A program made the translations under genes and the position numbers. 58,495 bases of DNA. It comes from a virus. Lineage: Duplodnaviria > Caudoviricetes. The stretch's first letter is position 1. Each line of letters opens with the position of its first letter. Under the pieces are notes generated by a model that saw nothing but the letters and a program-made list of their open reading frames with translations, was not told the DNA's origin and did not search any database. The stretch is from positions 1 to 58,495 of the IMG/VR virus record IMGVR_UViG_3300006918_000002. The stretch is one strand, 5' to 3'. This document shows positions 45,427 through 54,213 of this stretch, piece by piece.

Positions 45427-45474
45427 GCATAAGTGGACTCGGCGGAGCGTCGGGCCGATGATACTCTGAATCGC

Positions 45475-45597
45475 ATGGCCCACACCTGCACCACCGCGTA
45501 CACCACACACCCCGTCGTTCGCGAGAACGGCAAGGAGTACCACTACGAGACCGGCTGGTGTCTCTGCGGCAAGATGACCTACCACCGCCGGGTCTGA
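45475..45597 (+). CDS. 40-aa Cys/His peptide, probably leaderless
   Basis: MAHTCTTAY...WCLCGKMTYHRRV; TACTCT 7 nt before ATG; strong GC3 bias. Confidence 0.5.
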   Translation: MAHTCTTAYTTHPVVRENGKEYHYETGWCLCGKMTYHRRV

Positions 45598-45648
45598 CCC
45601 GAGAGAATGGGATCTCTCGATTCACGTAATGCGTGAGACAATGGTGGC

Positions 45649-45861
45649 ATGACCAACACCAGCAAGCCCGCGCTCGGTACTACGGCTGACGACTTCGACC
45701 TTCACCCCGGGTGGTTGACCGGCGTGGCCCGACTCACCGACACCACCTTGACCGAGCTGCGCAGGGTGCTCGGGGGCGAGGCGGCTGGCCCCGACGACCG
45801 GCTGATCATGATGGTCGACAGCCTGGACGACGAGTTGATCCGCAGGGGTCTGAGCAGCTGA
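45649..45861 (+). CDS. Hypothetical protein, possibly leaderless
   Basis: 70 aa; TGAGACAAT 6 nt before ATG; no RBS. Confidence 0.55.
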   Translation: MTNTSKPALGTTADDFDLHPGWLTGVARLTDTTLTELRRVLGGEAAGPDDRLIMMVDSLDDELIRRGLSS

Positions 45862-45980
45862 AACGAGACGTTACCGAACCGACACCGGAAAACTCGAGAC
45901 GACTTCGGCCAGGGGAAACGAGAGAATCTCCTGGTAGGGGTCGTCTCGACGTGTGGTTAGCTAGTCGTGTTCGGCCACCT
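45862..45980 (+). repeat. Early-region hairpin/promoter element, copy 1
   Basis: GAGACGTTACC..GACACCGGAAA, then TCGAGACGAC/GTCGTCTCGA stem enclosing CCAGGGGAAAC. Confidence 0.8.
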
Positions 45981-46000
45981 ACCACCGCAGGGAGCACGCC

Positions 46001-46714
46001 ATGACCACCACGCTGACCAGCCTCACCGGCAAGGTCCACCATGCCCCGCACTGGGTCGACGGCACACTGTGCAACGTGGCTGGTGCAGGGCGGGGCCAGG
46101 TGACTTGGTACTGGCGTCGCGGTCAGGTCACCTGCAAGGCATGCCTGAAGGTCATCGCCAAGGCGTGGGATGAGGCACACGCCGAACAGGCCGCCCGCCC
46201 CACCCCCGTCGTCCCGCAGCCTGGCCCGACCCGCCTGCCGATGCAGGAGGTGCGCGCCTACCGCAACCGTGTTGCCGCGACCGACCAGCCCACGATCGCG
46301 CGGGACCTGGATCAGGGGGACGTTGACGCCGATGGTCGGCGCTCCCCGCAGGCCACCACCCGCACCCGCAAGCCGCAGATCAATCACAAGCTGTGTAGCC
46401 ACGCGGCTACCCCGTACGCCCGGCGTCAGTGCCGCAACCACGCGGCCACGCTGCCCAGCTTGGCCACGCTGGTCGACCAGGCGTACCAGGGCACGGTAGA
46501 CGCCAACCTGGCCACCCCGTACAACCACAGCGAGTACGAGCGGTGCGAACGGGTGCTCAAAGCCGCGTTGGTCGTGTTTGCCAACGGGGACATGGACTAC
46601 GCCAACGCCCTTCGTAATCTGCTGCTGGATAGTGGCGAGGAAATCATGTACTACGTGAACACGTACAGCCGTGAGGAAAATCTCGAGTACGTGGATCGGT
46701 ACACGAGTTTCTGA
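46001..46714 (+). CDS. Early protein with two Zn-binding motifs
   Basis: VHH...LC...VTCKAC; HKLCSH-TP-AR-CR; GGGAG RBS. Confidence 0.7.
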   Translation: MTTTLTSLTGKVHHAPHWVDGTLCNVAGAGRGQVTWYWRRGQVTCKACLKVIAKAWDEAHAEQAARPTPVVPQPGPTRLPMQEVRAYRNRVAATDQPTIARDLDQGDVDADGRRSPQATTRTRKPQINHKLCSHAATPYARRQCRNHAATLPSLATLVDQAYQGTVDANLATPYNHSEYERCERVLKAALVVFANGDMDYANALRNLLLDSGEEIMYYVNTYSREENLEYVDRYTSF

Positions 46715-46733
46715 AATAATCTGTAGACGTTAT

Positions 46734-46764
46734 GGCCCTACCGGGGGTAACCCCCGGTGGGGTC
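46734..46764 (+). terminator. Stem-loop after the first early gene block
   Basis: GGCCCTACCGGGGG-TAA-CCCCCGGTGGGGTC followed by T-rich sequence. Confidence 0.6.
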
Positions 46765-46862
46765 TATTGCGTTGAGTCCATCTCTATTCTTCTTGATCTC
46801 CGCTGCGGCGGGGGCGCTAGAGTAGTGATGTTCGGTCAATTCGAATTCAGGAAGAAGGAATC

Positions 46863-47156
46863 GTGAGAAGCTTCAAGTCGCGCGCATTGATCGTGGCGGC
46901 AAGCCTGGCGGTGGCCCCGGTGATCATGGCGGCCAAGGGGTGCGAGAGCACCGCCCCCGTCGCGCCGAAGACCGGGGTCGTGACCAGCATCACCCCCGGG
47001 TCGGCCGCGTGTGCCGACCAGCAGCCCCGTACGGTCGCGGTGCTGTACCGGCCCGACGGCACCGACGCTGGGGGCGCAGCGTGGCCCACGGGGCTGCTGT
47101 GCGTGACCCCGGAGCAGTCGTCCGTTCTCTCGGTCGGCGGGCGGGTGCAGGGATGA
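46863..47156 (+). CDS. Secreted protein/lipoprotein
   Basis: Signal peptide ending AAKGC; AGGAAGAAGGA RBS. Confidence 0.6.
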   Translation: MRSFKSRALIVAASLAVAPVIMAAKGCESTAPVAPKTGVVTSITPGSAACADQQPRTVAVLYRPDGTDAGGAAWPTGLLCVTPEQSSVLSVGGRVQG

Positions 47157-47257
47157 GCCGCCTGCTCGTCCAGCTCTTCCTCCTCGTGCTGCTGGCCTTC
47201 GGCCTGTACGTGCTGTTCGCCGAGTTCCCCGGCGGTGCCCCGGAGGTGCGCTGGTGA
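47153..47257 (+). CDS. 34-aa single-TM peptide
   Basis: MSRLLVQLFLLVLLAFGLYVLFAEF...; coupled. Confidence 0.55.
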   Translation: MSRLLVQLFLLVLLAFGLYVLFAEFPGGAPEVRW

Positions 47258-47361
47258 AGACGTTCGTCGCGTTCGTCCTGCTGCTGGCGGTAGCGCTGGC
47301 GCTGGCTGCCCTGTTCGTGCAGTTGCGCCACCACCCCGTCGACTGGCTGCCGACGCCGTAA
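47254..47361 (+). CDS. 35-aa single-TM peptide
   Basis: MKTFVAFVLLLAVALALAALFVQL...; GGAGG RBS. Confidence 0.55.
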   Translation: MKTFVAFVLLLAVALALAALFVQLRHHPVDWLPTP

Positions 47362-47369
47362 CCAGCGGA

Positions 47370-47500
47370 AACAGAGCGTTACCAATCTGACACCGGAAAG
47401 AATTCGAGACTCGTCTACCAGGGGAAATGAGATGTCTCCCCTGGTAGACGACGAGATGCCCATCTCGATGTGGGGGCTAGTGTTCTCTTTGCAAGCACCA
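47370..47500 (+). repeat. Early-region hairpin/promoter element, copy 2
   Basis: GCGTTACC..GACACCGGAAA; 15-bp perfect stem 47411-47425/47437-47451; TAGTGT at 47478. Confidence 0.8.
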
Positions 47501-47528
47501 CACCGCCCCACACCGCAAGGAGCCCGCA

Positions 47529-47960
47529 ATGACCGAGTTCATCCTCGCCGCCACCACCACCGAGATCATCGCCGACCCCAAGGCCATGCTGGACGCGGGC
47601 AACCTGACCGCCTACAGCGTGCGGGCCAACGGCACCACGCGTCATCTGGAGCTGGCCCCGCTGGGCAGCACCCGCCGGGACACCGCCGAGTGGATCAGCG
47701 AGCGCCTGGACGACGGGGCCAGCGTGGCGCAGGTGGCGCACGAGCTGCACATCAGCAAGCCGACCGTGCGGCGCTTCCTCATGGCCCTGGAGCTGACCGA
47801 GGAAATCGAAGCCGGTGACTGGGACCAGGTGTGGGCGGACGCGCAGGAGCTGCCCTACACCGAGCCCGCCGACACCGCCAGCGTGGACGACATGCTGGCT
47901 GCGCTGGCCGAGGAAGTGCAGGTGGGGGCCGACCTGGTCACCATGACCGTCCACCTGTGA
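47529..47960 (+). CDS. HTH DNA-binding protein
   Basis: GASVAQVAHELHISKPTVRRFL; AAGGAG RBS. Confidence 0.75.
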   Translation: MTEFILAATTTEIIADPKAMLDAGNLTAYSVRANGTTRHLELAPLGSTRRDTAEWISERLDDGASVAQVAHELHISKPTVRRFLMALELTEEIEAGDWDQVWADAQELPYTEPADTASVDDMLAALAEEVQVGADLVTMTVHL

Positions 47961-47974
47961 CCCCCGGGTCTCAA

Positions 47975-48090
47975 CACGGTTTGGTAACGTAGTCGGAAAT
48001 TCATGAGACGGCCCTACCAGGGGAAACTCCGATCTCTCCTGGTAGGGTCGTCTCACTTGCCGTGTAGTGTTCTCCTTGTAAGCACCGCCC
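47975..48090 (+). repeat. Early-region hairpin/promoter element, copy 3
   Basis: 18-bp stem 48004-48021/48038-48055 with one G.T pair; TAGTGT at 48065. Confidence 0.8.
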
Positions 48091-48113
48091 CGCCCCACAC
48101 CAAGGAGCCCACC

Positions 48114-48464
48114 ATGGCCCGCCGCATCCGCCCCAGCCGCGCAGCACTCGCCGCCGTTGGCCGCGCAATTCACGAGGAGCAGCAGGCCGCCACCGCCGCG
48201 CAGCAGGCCGCCACCACCACGCACATGGTCCTGATCAGCACGGGGGATGGCTACGGCGCTACCTTCCCGTTCATGAACGTCCAGGACGCGCAGGCCAAGT
48301 ACAACCGGGAGCTGGCCCAGGTCCAGGACCCGCACAGCATCGTGCAGGGTGTGCAGTTGGTGGCGCTGGCTGGCATCGACCCCACCCACCCCGTGGTGTA
48401 CCCCGTGCGGGGCACGCACGTGTTGCAGGAGGCCACGGGCACGTGGGCCCCGCGCAAGGCGTAG
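48114..48464 (+). CDS. Hypothetical early protein
   Basis: AAGGAG RBS; strong GC3 bias. Confidence 0.7.
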   Translation: MARRIRPSRAALAAVGRAIHEEQQAATAAQQAATTTHMVLISTGDGYGATFPFMNVQDAQAKYNRELAQVQDPHSIVQGVQLVALAGIDPTHPVVYPVRGTHVLQEATGTWAPRKA

Positions 48465-48473
48465 GCACGGCAA

Positions 48474-48527
48474 GCGCCCCTGGTAACCAGGCCAGCACCC
48501 CGGGTTCAATGCCCGGGGGCGCACGCA
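48474..48527 (+). ncRNA. tRNA-like mini-element (acceptor-like stem plus T-arm, no anticodon arm)
   Basis: GCGCCC/GGGCGC stem; CCGGG-TTCAATG-CCCGG arm; intergenic. Confidence 0.35.
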
Positions 48528-48575
48528 GCGCGTACCATGCGCGCAACGCATCACCCATCCCGAAAGGGGGAGACC

Positions 48576-48785
48576 ATGTTGCACTTCGGCCTGTCGCTGA
48601 TCGCGTCCGCTGGCCCCGCATTTCTCGGCGTGTTGCACGCGCTGCACGCGCAGCTCATCCGCGACTACCACGACGTGCTGATGGTCGCCCCCCTCACCCC
48701 TCCCCGCAGCCTGGTCGAGAAGCGCCACTTGCGCCAGCAGTGCGCCGACTGCGCCATGCTCGCGGAGATGATTTCGGTCGTGTGA
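48576..48785 (+). CDS. Hypothetical protein
   Basis: AAAGGGGGAG RBS; H-CADC. Confidence 0.55.
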   Translation: MLHFGLSLIASAGPAFLGVLHALHAQLIRDYHDVLMVAPLTPPRSLVEKRHLRQQCADCAMLAEMISVV

Positions 48786-48863
48786 TTTCCAATATCATTA
48801 GAGCGTGGTCATTCTGTGCGACCATTGCTCGCGGTCGGCACCGCATTTCTCAGGAGGGCAGTC

Positions 48864-49403
48864 ATGGCGAGTATTACCTGCGGCACATGCCGCAAGACGC
48901 ACGGCAGCGCCAGCGAGGTTCGCGCCTGCGGTCTTCAGGCGGGTGACTTCGCCGAGGAGGACGGTTACGCGCGCCGAGAGCGCTACGGCTTCGGCGGCGA
49001 CAACGTGCGCCCCCTGCGCAGCAACGGGCGGGACGCTGTGAAGGCGCTGCGCCCCCACGTGCTGGTCGCACTGGGCAAGGCGTTCCCGGGGCAGCGCAAG
49101 TTGCGGTTCGCGATCACGATGGACGACTCGCTCCACTTCTTCGAGGCCTCACTGCCCCAGAAGGGCAAGTGGGCGGGCTCGCTGTTCCTCCACGAGCAGG
49201 CGGGGGACATGTTCTACCGCGTGCGGGGCTGGGACCGCGAGCTGGCCATCCTGACCGCGCTGGGGGCGGACGTGGTGGCTGCGGTGGCGACGTACGGGCA
49301 GGAGATCGGGGACTGCGGTATCTGCGGTCGCACGCTGACGGACGAGGAGAGCCGAGATCGCGGCATCGGCCCTGTGTGCCTGCGGAAGATGGGCGTCGCG
49401 TAA
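48864..49403 (+). CDS. DUF6011-like Zn-ribbon protein
   Basis: CGICGRTLTDEESRDRGIGPVC C-terminus; CGTC-H-EVRAC N-terminus. Confidence 0.8.
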   Translation: MASITCGTCRKTHGSASEVRACGLQAGDFAEEDGYARRERYGFGGDNVRPLRSNGRDAVKALRPHVLVALGKAFPGQRKLRFAITMDDSLHFFEASLPQKGKWAGSLFLHEQAGDMFYRVRGWDRELAILTALGADVVAAVATYGQEIGDCGICGRTLTDEESRDRGIGPVCLRKMGVA

Positions 49404-49636
49404 TGCGCAGGGGTTTGAAGTTCTGGGTCGACTGGGGGGACAAGTCGTTTCCTCGGATTCGCGTGTGGCGCTTTCACGGAATCCCCGAGAGCGAGTCCCC
49501 CGACCCGCAGACGCTGGCGCAGGCCAAGCGAGAGATCGTCGAGCACTTCCAGCACATGGTCGAGTTCGGCAGAGACCGCGTTCGTGAGACCAGGCAATTG
49601 AGGCTTGAAGACATCATTCAGGAGGACGGGTCGTGA
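49403..49636 (+). CDS. Hypothetical protein
   Basis: TAATG coupling. Confidence 0.55.
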   Translation: MRRGLKFWVDWGDKSFPRIRVWRFHGIPESESPDPQTLAQAKREIVEHFQHMVEFGRDRVRETRQLRLEDIIQEDGS

Positions 49637-49938
49637 CCGAGACCATCAAGGCATACGCGTACCGGGGGCGGCATCGCCTCCGGGGTCCCTCATTGATGGA
49701 GGAGGTGTGGTCGGTCATCGACGCCAAGGCGGGGAAGGCCTCCCGCGCGGCATGGGAGTGGCTGCGCCGATTCTGGGCTCAGGCGGGGCTCGGCGTGAGC
49801 CTGCTGGCCCTCGTCCTGATGCTCATGCAGTCCAGCAACTCGATGATTCACCAGCCCACGATTCAGGTCTCGACCGACCCCGTGGTCGTCACCCTACCCA
49901 CCCCGTTCCCGATGGAGACCACGGCGGTGAACACGTGA
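49633..49938 (+). CDS. Membrane protein
   Basis: YRGRHR motif and one TM helix. Confidence 0.6.
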   Translation: MTETIKAYAYRGRHRLRGPSLMEEVWSVIDAKAGKASRAAWEWLRRFWAQAGLGVSLLALVLMLMQSSNSMIHQPTIQVSTDPVVVTLPTPFPMETTAVNT

Positions 49939-50324
49939 GCAATCTCGGAAAGTCCATTCTGGACATTCTCTGGGAAGAGCTCGACTCCATTGTCGACCGA
50001 ATCATGGACGACGGCGGAGAACCGAGGGTGGAGGGATTCACCGCCGACCACGCGCTGTCCTTGGGGAAGGAGTGGGGCGAGCAGCGTGGCCAGGCGCAGG
50101 GCGTGGCCTACGCGGTGGCGCTGCTGACCGACCCGCTGGCCCCGGACGTGCCTGCGGTGCGTGAGCTGGCCATGGCTCGATACGACGAGCGGCAGGCTGA
50201 CCAGGAGGCGGGCGAGTTGATCGACGGCGTGCTGGGGGCCATGGGCACGACGGCTGGTCGTCTCGTGCACACCGCCCTGACCGCGCAAGAACGCCGTGAC
50301 CAGGCAGAACGAGACGTTACCTAA
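49935..50324 (+). CDS. Hypothetical protein
   Basis: GTGA overlap; LWEELD...RGQAQGVAYA. Confidence 0.65.
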   Translation: MSNLGKSILDILWEELDSIVDRIMDDGGEPRVEGFTADHALSLGKEWGEQRGQAQGVAYAVALLTDPLAPDVPAVRELAMARYDERQADQEAGELIDGVLGAMGTTAGRLVHTALTAQERRDQAERDVT

Positions 50325-50430
50325 ACGACATGAGAAAACTTCGAGATCGCCTGACCTGGCGAAACGAGAGTCACCGCAGGTCAGGGCCGATCTCGGGGTG
50401 TGTAGTGTTCTACCTGTTCGGCCACCTGCA
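50308..50430 (+). repeat. Early-region hairpin/promoter element, copy 4
   Basis: GAGACGTTACC..GACA; CGAGATCG/CGATCTCG and CCTGACCTG/CAGGTCAGG stems; TAGTGT at 50403. Confidence 0.8.
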
Positions 50431-50456
50431 CCACCCGACCCCACCGGAGGGCACCC

Positions 50457-51833
50457 GTGAGCACCACCCTGCTGAAGTACACCGTGGTCTACTTGGAGAC
50501 CACCACCACGCACGCCCTGTGCGACGTCCACGCGCTGGGCTGTGCCGACCTGGAGAAGCCCCGTAACCAGCGGGGCGTCCAGGTCAACGAGGAGCTGGAC
50601 CTGGACGACCTGGAGAAGTTCATGCCCGTGCTGGACGCGGACGAGCTGGGCTACCACGTCAGCGACGTCAAGGTCCACGGGTGCGCGGAGGACGCGCACA
50701 AGGCGGCCAAGGCCAGCACGGGCAAGCGCACGCCACGCGGTAGCAAGGCGGTCCCCGCCGCGCCTGCGCCTGCGGCCGACGCGGTGAAGAACGTCAAGCT
50801 GAAGCGGGGCAGCCGCGTGCACACCCCGGGGGCGAACGGCCTGCCGGTCTGCCGCGCCACGGGCACCGCCGACAAGTACGAGGCGACCGGCAAGGAGGTC
50901 TCGTGCACCGCGTGCGCCAAGGTCACCGCGCCGGTCGCCGCTCAGACGCCCGCCAAGGCCCGTACCCGGTCGACCAAGGCCACCACCCCCGCTGTCGCCC
51001 CGCAGCCCGCCAGCGGCGCACGTAGGGCGCGGCAATCGGCACGGGTGGGGTTTGAGGTCGACGGTCAGGGCAACGAGCTGGACTACGACAAGCGCCCGAT
51101 GAACATTGCGGACAACCGGCCGACGCCGCCGACCAGTGGTCGTAAGCGTCGCAACGGCAAGGCGCAGGACCAGGCCGCAGCGCAGGCGGCGACCATCGTG
51201 GCGGAGGCCACGGCGGCTGCCCGGCAAAGTGTCTCCGAGGAGGTGTCCGCTGACGCGCTGGCCTTCCACCACGGGGTGCCTGCGGTGAACGCCAAGTGCA
51301 CCGCCGAGCAGGCGGACCTCGCGATCAAGGTGCGGGAGCTGCGGTCGACCGGCATGGCCTGGTGGAAGATCGCCCACGAGCTGGGCTTGCCCGGGAGCGG
51401 CCCCAGCGTGAAGCAGGGCAAGACCGGCGCGGCGCACGCACGGCGCGCGTGGGAGCGCGCGTGGGGCAAGACGTACAGCGACACCAGCGTGCCCCGGGAG
51501 ACCAAGGCCATCAAGAAGGAGCGCGCCCTCACCCACGAGCCCCGCCCGTACTTCTCCGCCGACGTGGAGGACATCGAGATCGTGGACGCGGTGTCCGGGC
51601 AGCCCATCACGTGGTTCACCCGCGTCGGGACGACCGGCGGGGCAGTGGTGAGCGAGCAGGTCGCCGAGGTGCACGTGGGCAGCGCCAAGGTCGTCCGGGG
51701 GCCGAAGGGCCGCGTGTTGGAATTCAACGAGCGCATCTACGAGACCACCACGAGCGGCAGTGGGGTCAAGACCCCGATGGTCGGGCCGTTGCGCAGCGTG
51801 TACGTCGACCGAATCGAAAAGGTTGGTGCGTAA
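50457..51833 (+). CDS. Multi-domain early protein (Zn motifs plus HTH)
   Basis: VH-GC-D twice, VH...C...CTAC, ELRSTGMAWWKIAHELGL; GGAGG RBS. Confidence 0.75.
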   Translation: MSTTLLKYTVVYLETTTTHALCDVHALGCADLEKPRNQRGVQVNEELDLDDLEKFMPVLDADELGYHVSDVKVHGCAEDAHKAAKASTGKRTPRGSKAVPAAPAPAADAVKNVKLKRGSRVHTPGANGLPVCRATGTADKYEATGKEVSCTACAKVTAPVAAQTPAKARTRSTKATTPAVAPQPASGARRARQSARVGFEVDGQGNELDYDKRPMNIADNRPTPPTSGRKRRNGKAQDQAAAQAATIVAEATAAARQSVSEEVSADALAFHHGVPAVNAKCTAEQADLAIKVRELRSTGMAWWKIAHELGLPGSGPSVKQGKTGAAHARRAWERAWGKTYSDTSVPRETKAIKKERALTHEPRPYFSADVEDIEIVDAVSGQPITWFTRVGTTGGAVVSEQVAEVHVGSAKVVRGPKGRVLEFNERIYETTTSGSGVKTPMVGPLRSVYVDRIEKVGA

Positions 51834-51834
51834 G

Positions 51835-51927
51835 GTGCTCTCGTGGTGGTGGGTGCCCATGGTCGGAGTGGGCACCCTCATCGCGCTGTACCTGTTCGCC
51901 GCGTGGTGGAGCACAAGGAGGAAATGA
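51835..51927 (+). CDS. 30-aa single-TM peptide
   Basis: MLSWWWVPMVGVGTLIALYLFAAWWSTRRK; ATGA overlap downstream. Confidence 0.45.
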   Translation: MLSWWWVPMVGVGTLIALYLFAAWWSTRRK

Positions 51928-52139
51928 TGGTCGCAGAGGTCAGATTGTTCGGTGGCCCCACCGTGGCCCAGGACGCGAGATACAAGTCCCTGGACTACGC
52001 CGAGTTGCACGTGATGGTCGGGAAGAACGAGCACCTGCGAGCAGTACGCCTGACCGAAGCGCAGTTGGTGGAGTTGATCGAGAAGTCGGCTCAGTGCCTG
52101 CGCCGGTTGGCGTTGGCCAAGAAGGACAAGGAGAAGTGA
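51924..52139 (+). CDS. Hypothetical protein
   Basis: AAGGAGG RBS. Confidence 0.6.
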   Translation: MMVAEVRLFGGPTVAQDARYKSLDYAELHVMVGKNEHLRAVRLTEAQLVELIEKSAQCLRRLALAKKDKEK

Positions 52140-52140
52140 G

Positions 52141-54213
52141 ATGGGGGTTGCCGTCGCCGACCTGGCCCAGGACCAGTCGCGAATCACGCTGCGCACCAAG
52201 GGTGACTTCAACCGCATGTTGGCTGCCTGCAAGGCGGTCCCCGGCGGGCGGTTCTCCAAAGACGACAGCGACCCCCATTGGCACTACCCGACCAGCCCCG
52301 AGACGTGTCTCGGCTTGCGCGCGGCCTTCGGCCCCGAGCTGACCATCACGAATCGCCTGGCGCGCTGGTATCGCGTGCACACCCGCAAGGCCTCCCGCCA
52401 CGCAGCCCTCGGCGCAGCCCCCGACGCGCCTCTCGAGTCGGTCTCCGCGGAATTCTCTGCCTGGCTGCGGGGAAGCCAGCGGGCGGGGGCGCGGTGGATG
52501 GCCGAGGGCTATCGCGGTGCTGGTCTCGTGGGCGACGTCCCCGGACTGGGCAAGACCCCTCAGACGCTCGCTGCCTTGATCGAAATGGGCATCTCGGGTC
52601 CCGTGTTGGTGGTGTGCCCGAAGAACGCCGTACGGCTTACGTGGGGCGCAGAGCTGGCCCGACACCTGCCTACGGTGCCCCGGTACCTCTGCGTCGGCAA
52701 GCGTGCCCAGCGGGAGCGCGTTCTGGCGCGGTTTGCCCGGGACATGGCGGAGGACCCCGACGCCCTGCGGATCGTGGTGGTGGTGAGCGAGATGCTCCGC
52801 GTGGAGATGGGTAAGCCGTGCATGACTCCTCTGCGCCACAACGACGAGGGCGAGATCATCGGGGGCGGCAACCGCGTCCCCAAGTGCGAGAAGCTTCTCT
52901 ACCACGGGGAGTGCGGTCACGACGAGGACCCGACCGCCCTGCACAAGAAGACGCACGTGCCGATCGCGTTCACCTACCCCGAGATCTTCCAGCCTGCGGT
53001 CATGGGCGAGGGATGGGCGACCATCGTGCTGGACGAGAGCCACAAGCTGCTCGGCAGCCTGACCATCAGCAAGGGCAACCTGATGGGTCGGGGGCTGAAG
53101 CTGTTGCCCCTGCGGGAGAAGGCGCGTCGGTACGCGCTCAGCGGCACCCCGTTCGGCAAGGGTGGCCGCGTCGAGGGCATGTTCGGAACGCTCCACTGGC
53201 TCTGGCCGGACGAGTATACGAGCTTCTGGAAGTGGGCCGACGCCCTCTTCGAGATCGAGGAGAAGACCGTTGACCGGTACGGGAAGACCGTGCGTCAGAT
53301 CAAGGGCCTGAAGGGTGTCGGCAACGCGACCGACGCCGAGGAGCAGGCAGCCACGGAGGCGTTCCTCCGCTCGCTGGGGCCGCGCCTGCTCCGGCGCACC
53401 AAGGCAGAGATCCTGACGGAGCTCCCCCCGAAGCAGTACCTCGAGGTCGTCTGTCCGCTGTCTCCCGTGCAGGAGAAGCAGTACCGCCAGCTCGCGGACT
53501 TCGCGGAGGTCTCTACCCCCGGAGGCACGGTGATGGCGAACGGCGCGCTGGCCCTGCTGACCCGAGCGCGGCAGATCGCCTTCGGGGCGATTGTGCAGAC
53601 CCCGTCGGGGAAGCCGGTCTACTCCCGGGACGCAGAAGCCTCCGGGAAGATGGAGAGGCTGTGGGAGAAGCTGGAGGAGCGCGGCATCCTGGACGGGACC
53701 GCCGGACCGAAGATCGTGATCGCCAGCGAGTGGAACACCGTGCTGGCCCTCGTTCTGGAGCGCCTGAAGGCGGATCACGTGCCGTACTACCACTTCGACG
53801 GCAGCACCTCGGAGAACTCCCGGGACCGCCAGGTGGAGCAGTGGCAGAACAACCTTCGGGTCATGAAGTTCCTCAACGGCAAGAACGTCGCTGTGGTGCC
53901 CCGGGTGTTCGTGGTCAACTCCAAGGCAGCAGGCATCTCCATCAACCTGGACGCGGCCGACGAGATGCACATGCTGGACGAGGCCTGGAACCCCGAGGAG
54001 AACGAGCAGATGGAGGATCGAATCCATCGCGCGTCTCGCAACCACAGCGTCACGATCCTGTACTACCGTACCGAAGGCACGATCGACTACGCCCGAGCCC
54101 ACAGCGTCGAGATGAAGCGCAGGGCGCAGCACATGGTTCTCGACGGCCGTCGGGGGCTGGAGTACGTCCGCGAGATGCTCGTGGACTCGCTGGCAGAGAA
54201 GGAGGAAGTGTGA
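52141..54213 (+). CDS. SNF2-family (SF2) helicase/ATPase
   Basis: DVPGLGKT, VVCP, LDESH, LSGTP, LRRTK, GISINL, Q-EDRIHR. Confidence 0.92.
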   Translation: MGVAVADLAQDQSRITLRTKGDFNRMLAACKAVPGGRFSKDDSDPHWHYPTSPETCLGLRAAFGPELTITNRLARWYRVHTRKASRHAALGAAPDAPLESVSAEFSAWLRGSQRAGARWMAEGYRGAGLVGDVPGLGKTPQTLAALIEMGISGPVLVVCPKNAVRLTWGAELARHLPTVPRYLCVGKRAQRERVLARFARDMAEDPDALRIVVVVSEMLRVEMGKPCMTPLRHNDEGEIIGGGNRVPKCEKLLYHGECGHDEDPTALHKKTHVPIAFTYPEIFQPAVMGEGWATIVLDESHKLLGSLTISKGNLMGRGLKLLPLREKARRYALSGTPFGKGGRVEGMFGTLHWLWPDEYTSFWKWADALFEIEEKTVDRYGKTVRQIKGLKGVGNATDAEEQAATEAFLRSLGPRLLRRTKAEILTELPPKQYLEVVCPLSPVQEKQYRQLADFAEVSTPGGTVMANGALALLTRARQIAFGAIVQTPSGKPVYSRDAEASGKMERLWEKLEERGILDGTAGPKIVIASEWNTVLALVLERLKADHVPYYHFDGSTSENSRDRQVEQWQNNLRVMKFLNGKNVAVVPRVFVVNSKAAGISINLDAADEMHMLDEAWNPEENEQMEDRIHRASRNHSVTILYYRTEGTIDYARAHSVEMKRRAQHMVLDGRRGLEYVREMLVDSLAEKEEV

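Noticed and set aside
48474-48527. Canonical tRNA gene
   Set aside because: Too short, with no anticodon arm and no CCA; kept only as a tRNA-like element
45862-50430. Early repeats as a CRISPR array or integron attC sites
   Set aside because: Spacing is irregular and gene-sized, there are no consistent RYYYAAC/GTTRRRY ends, and no tyrosine integrase is present
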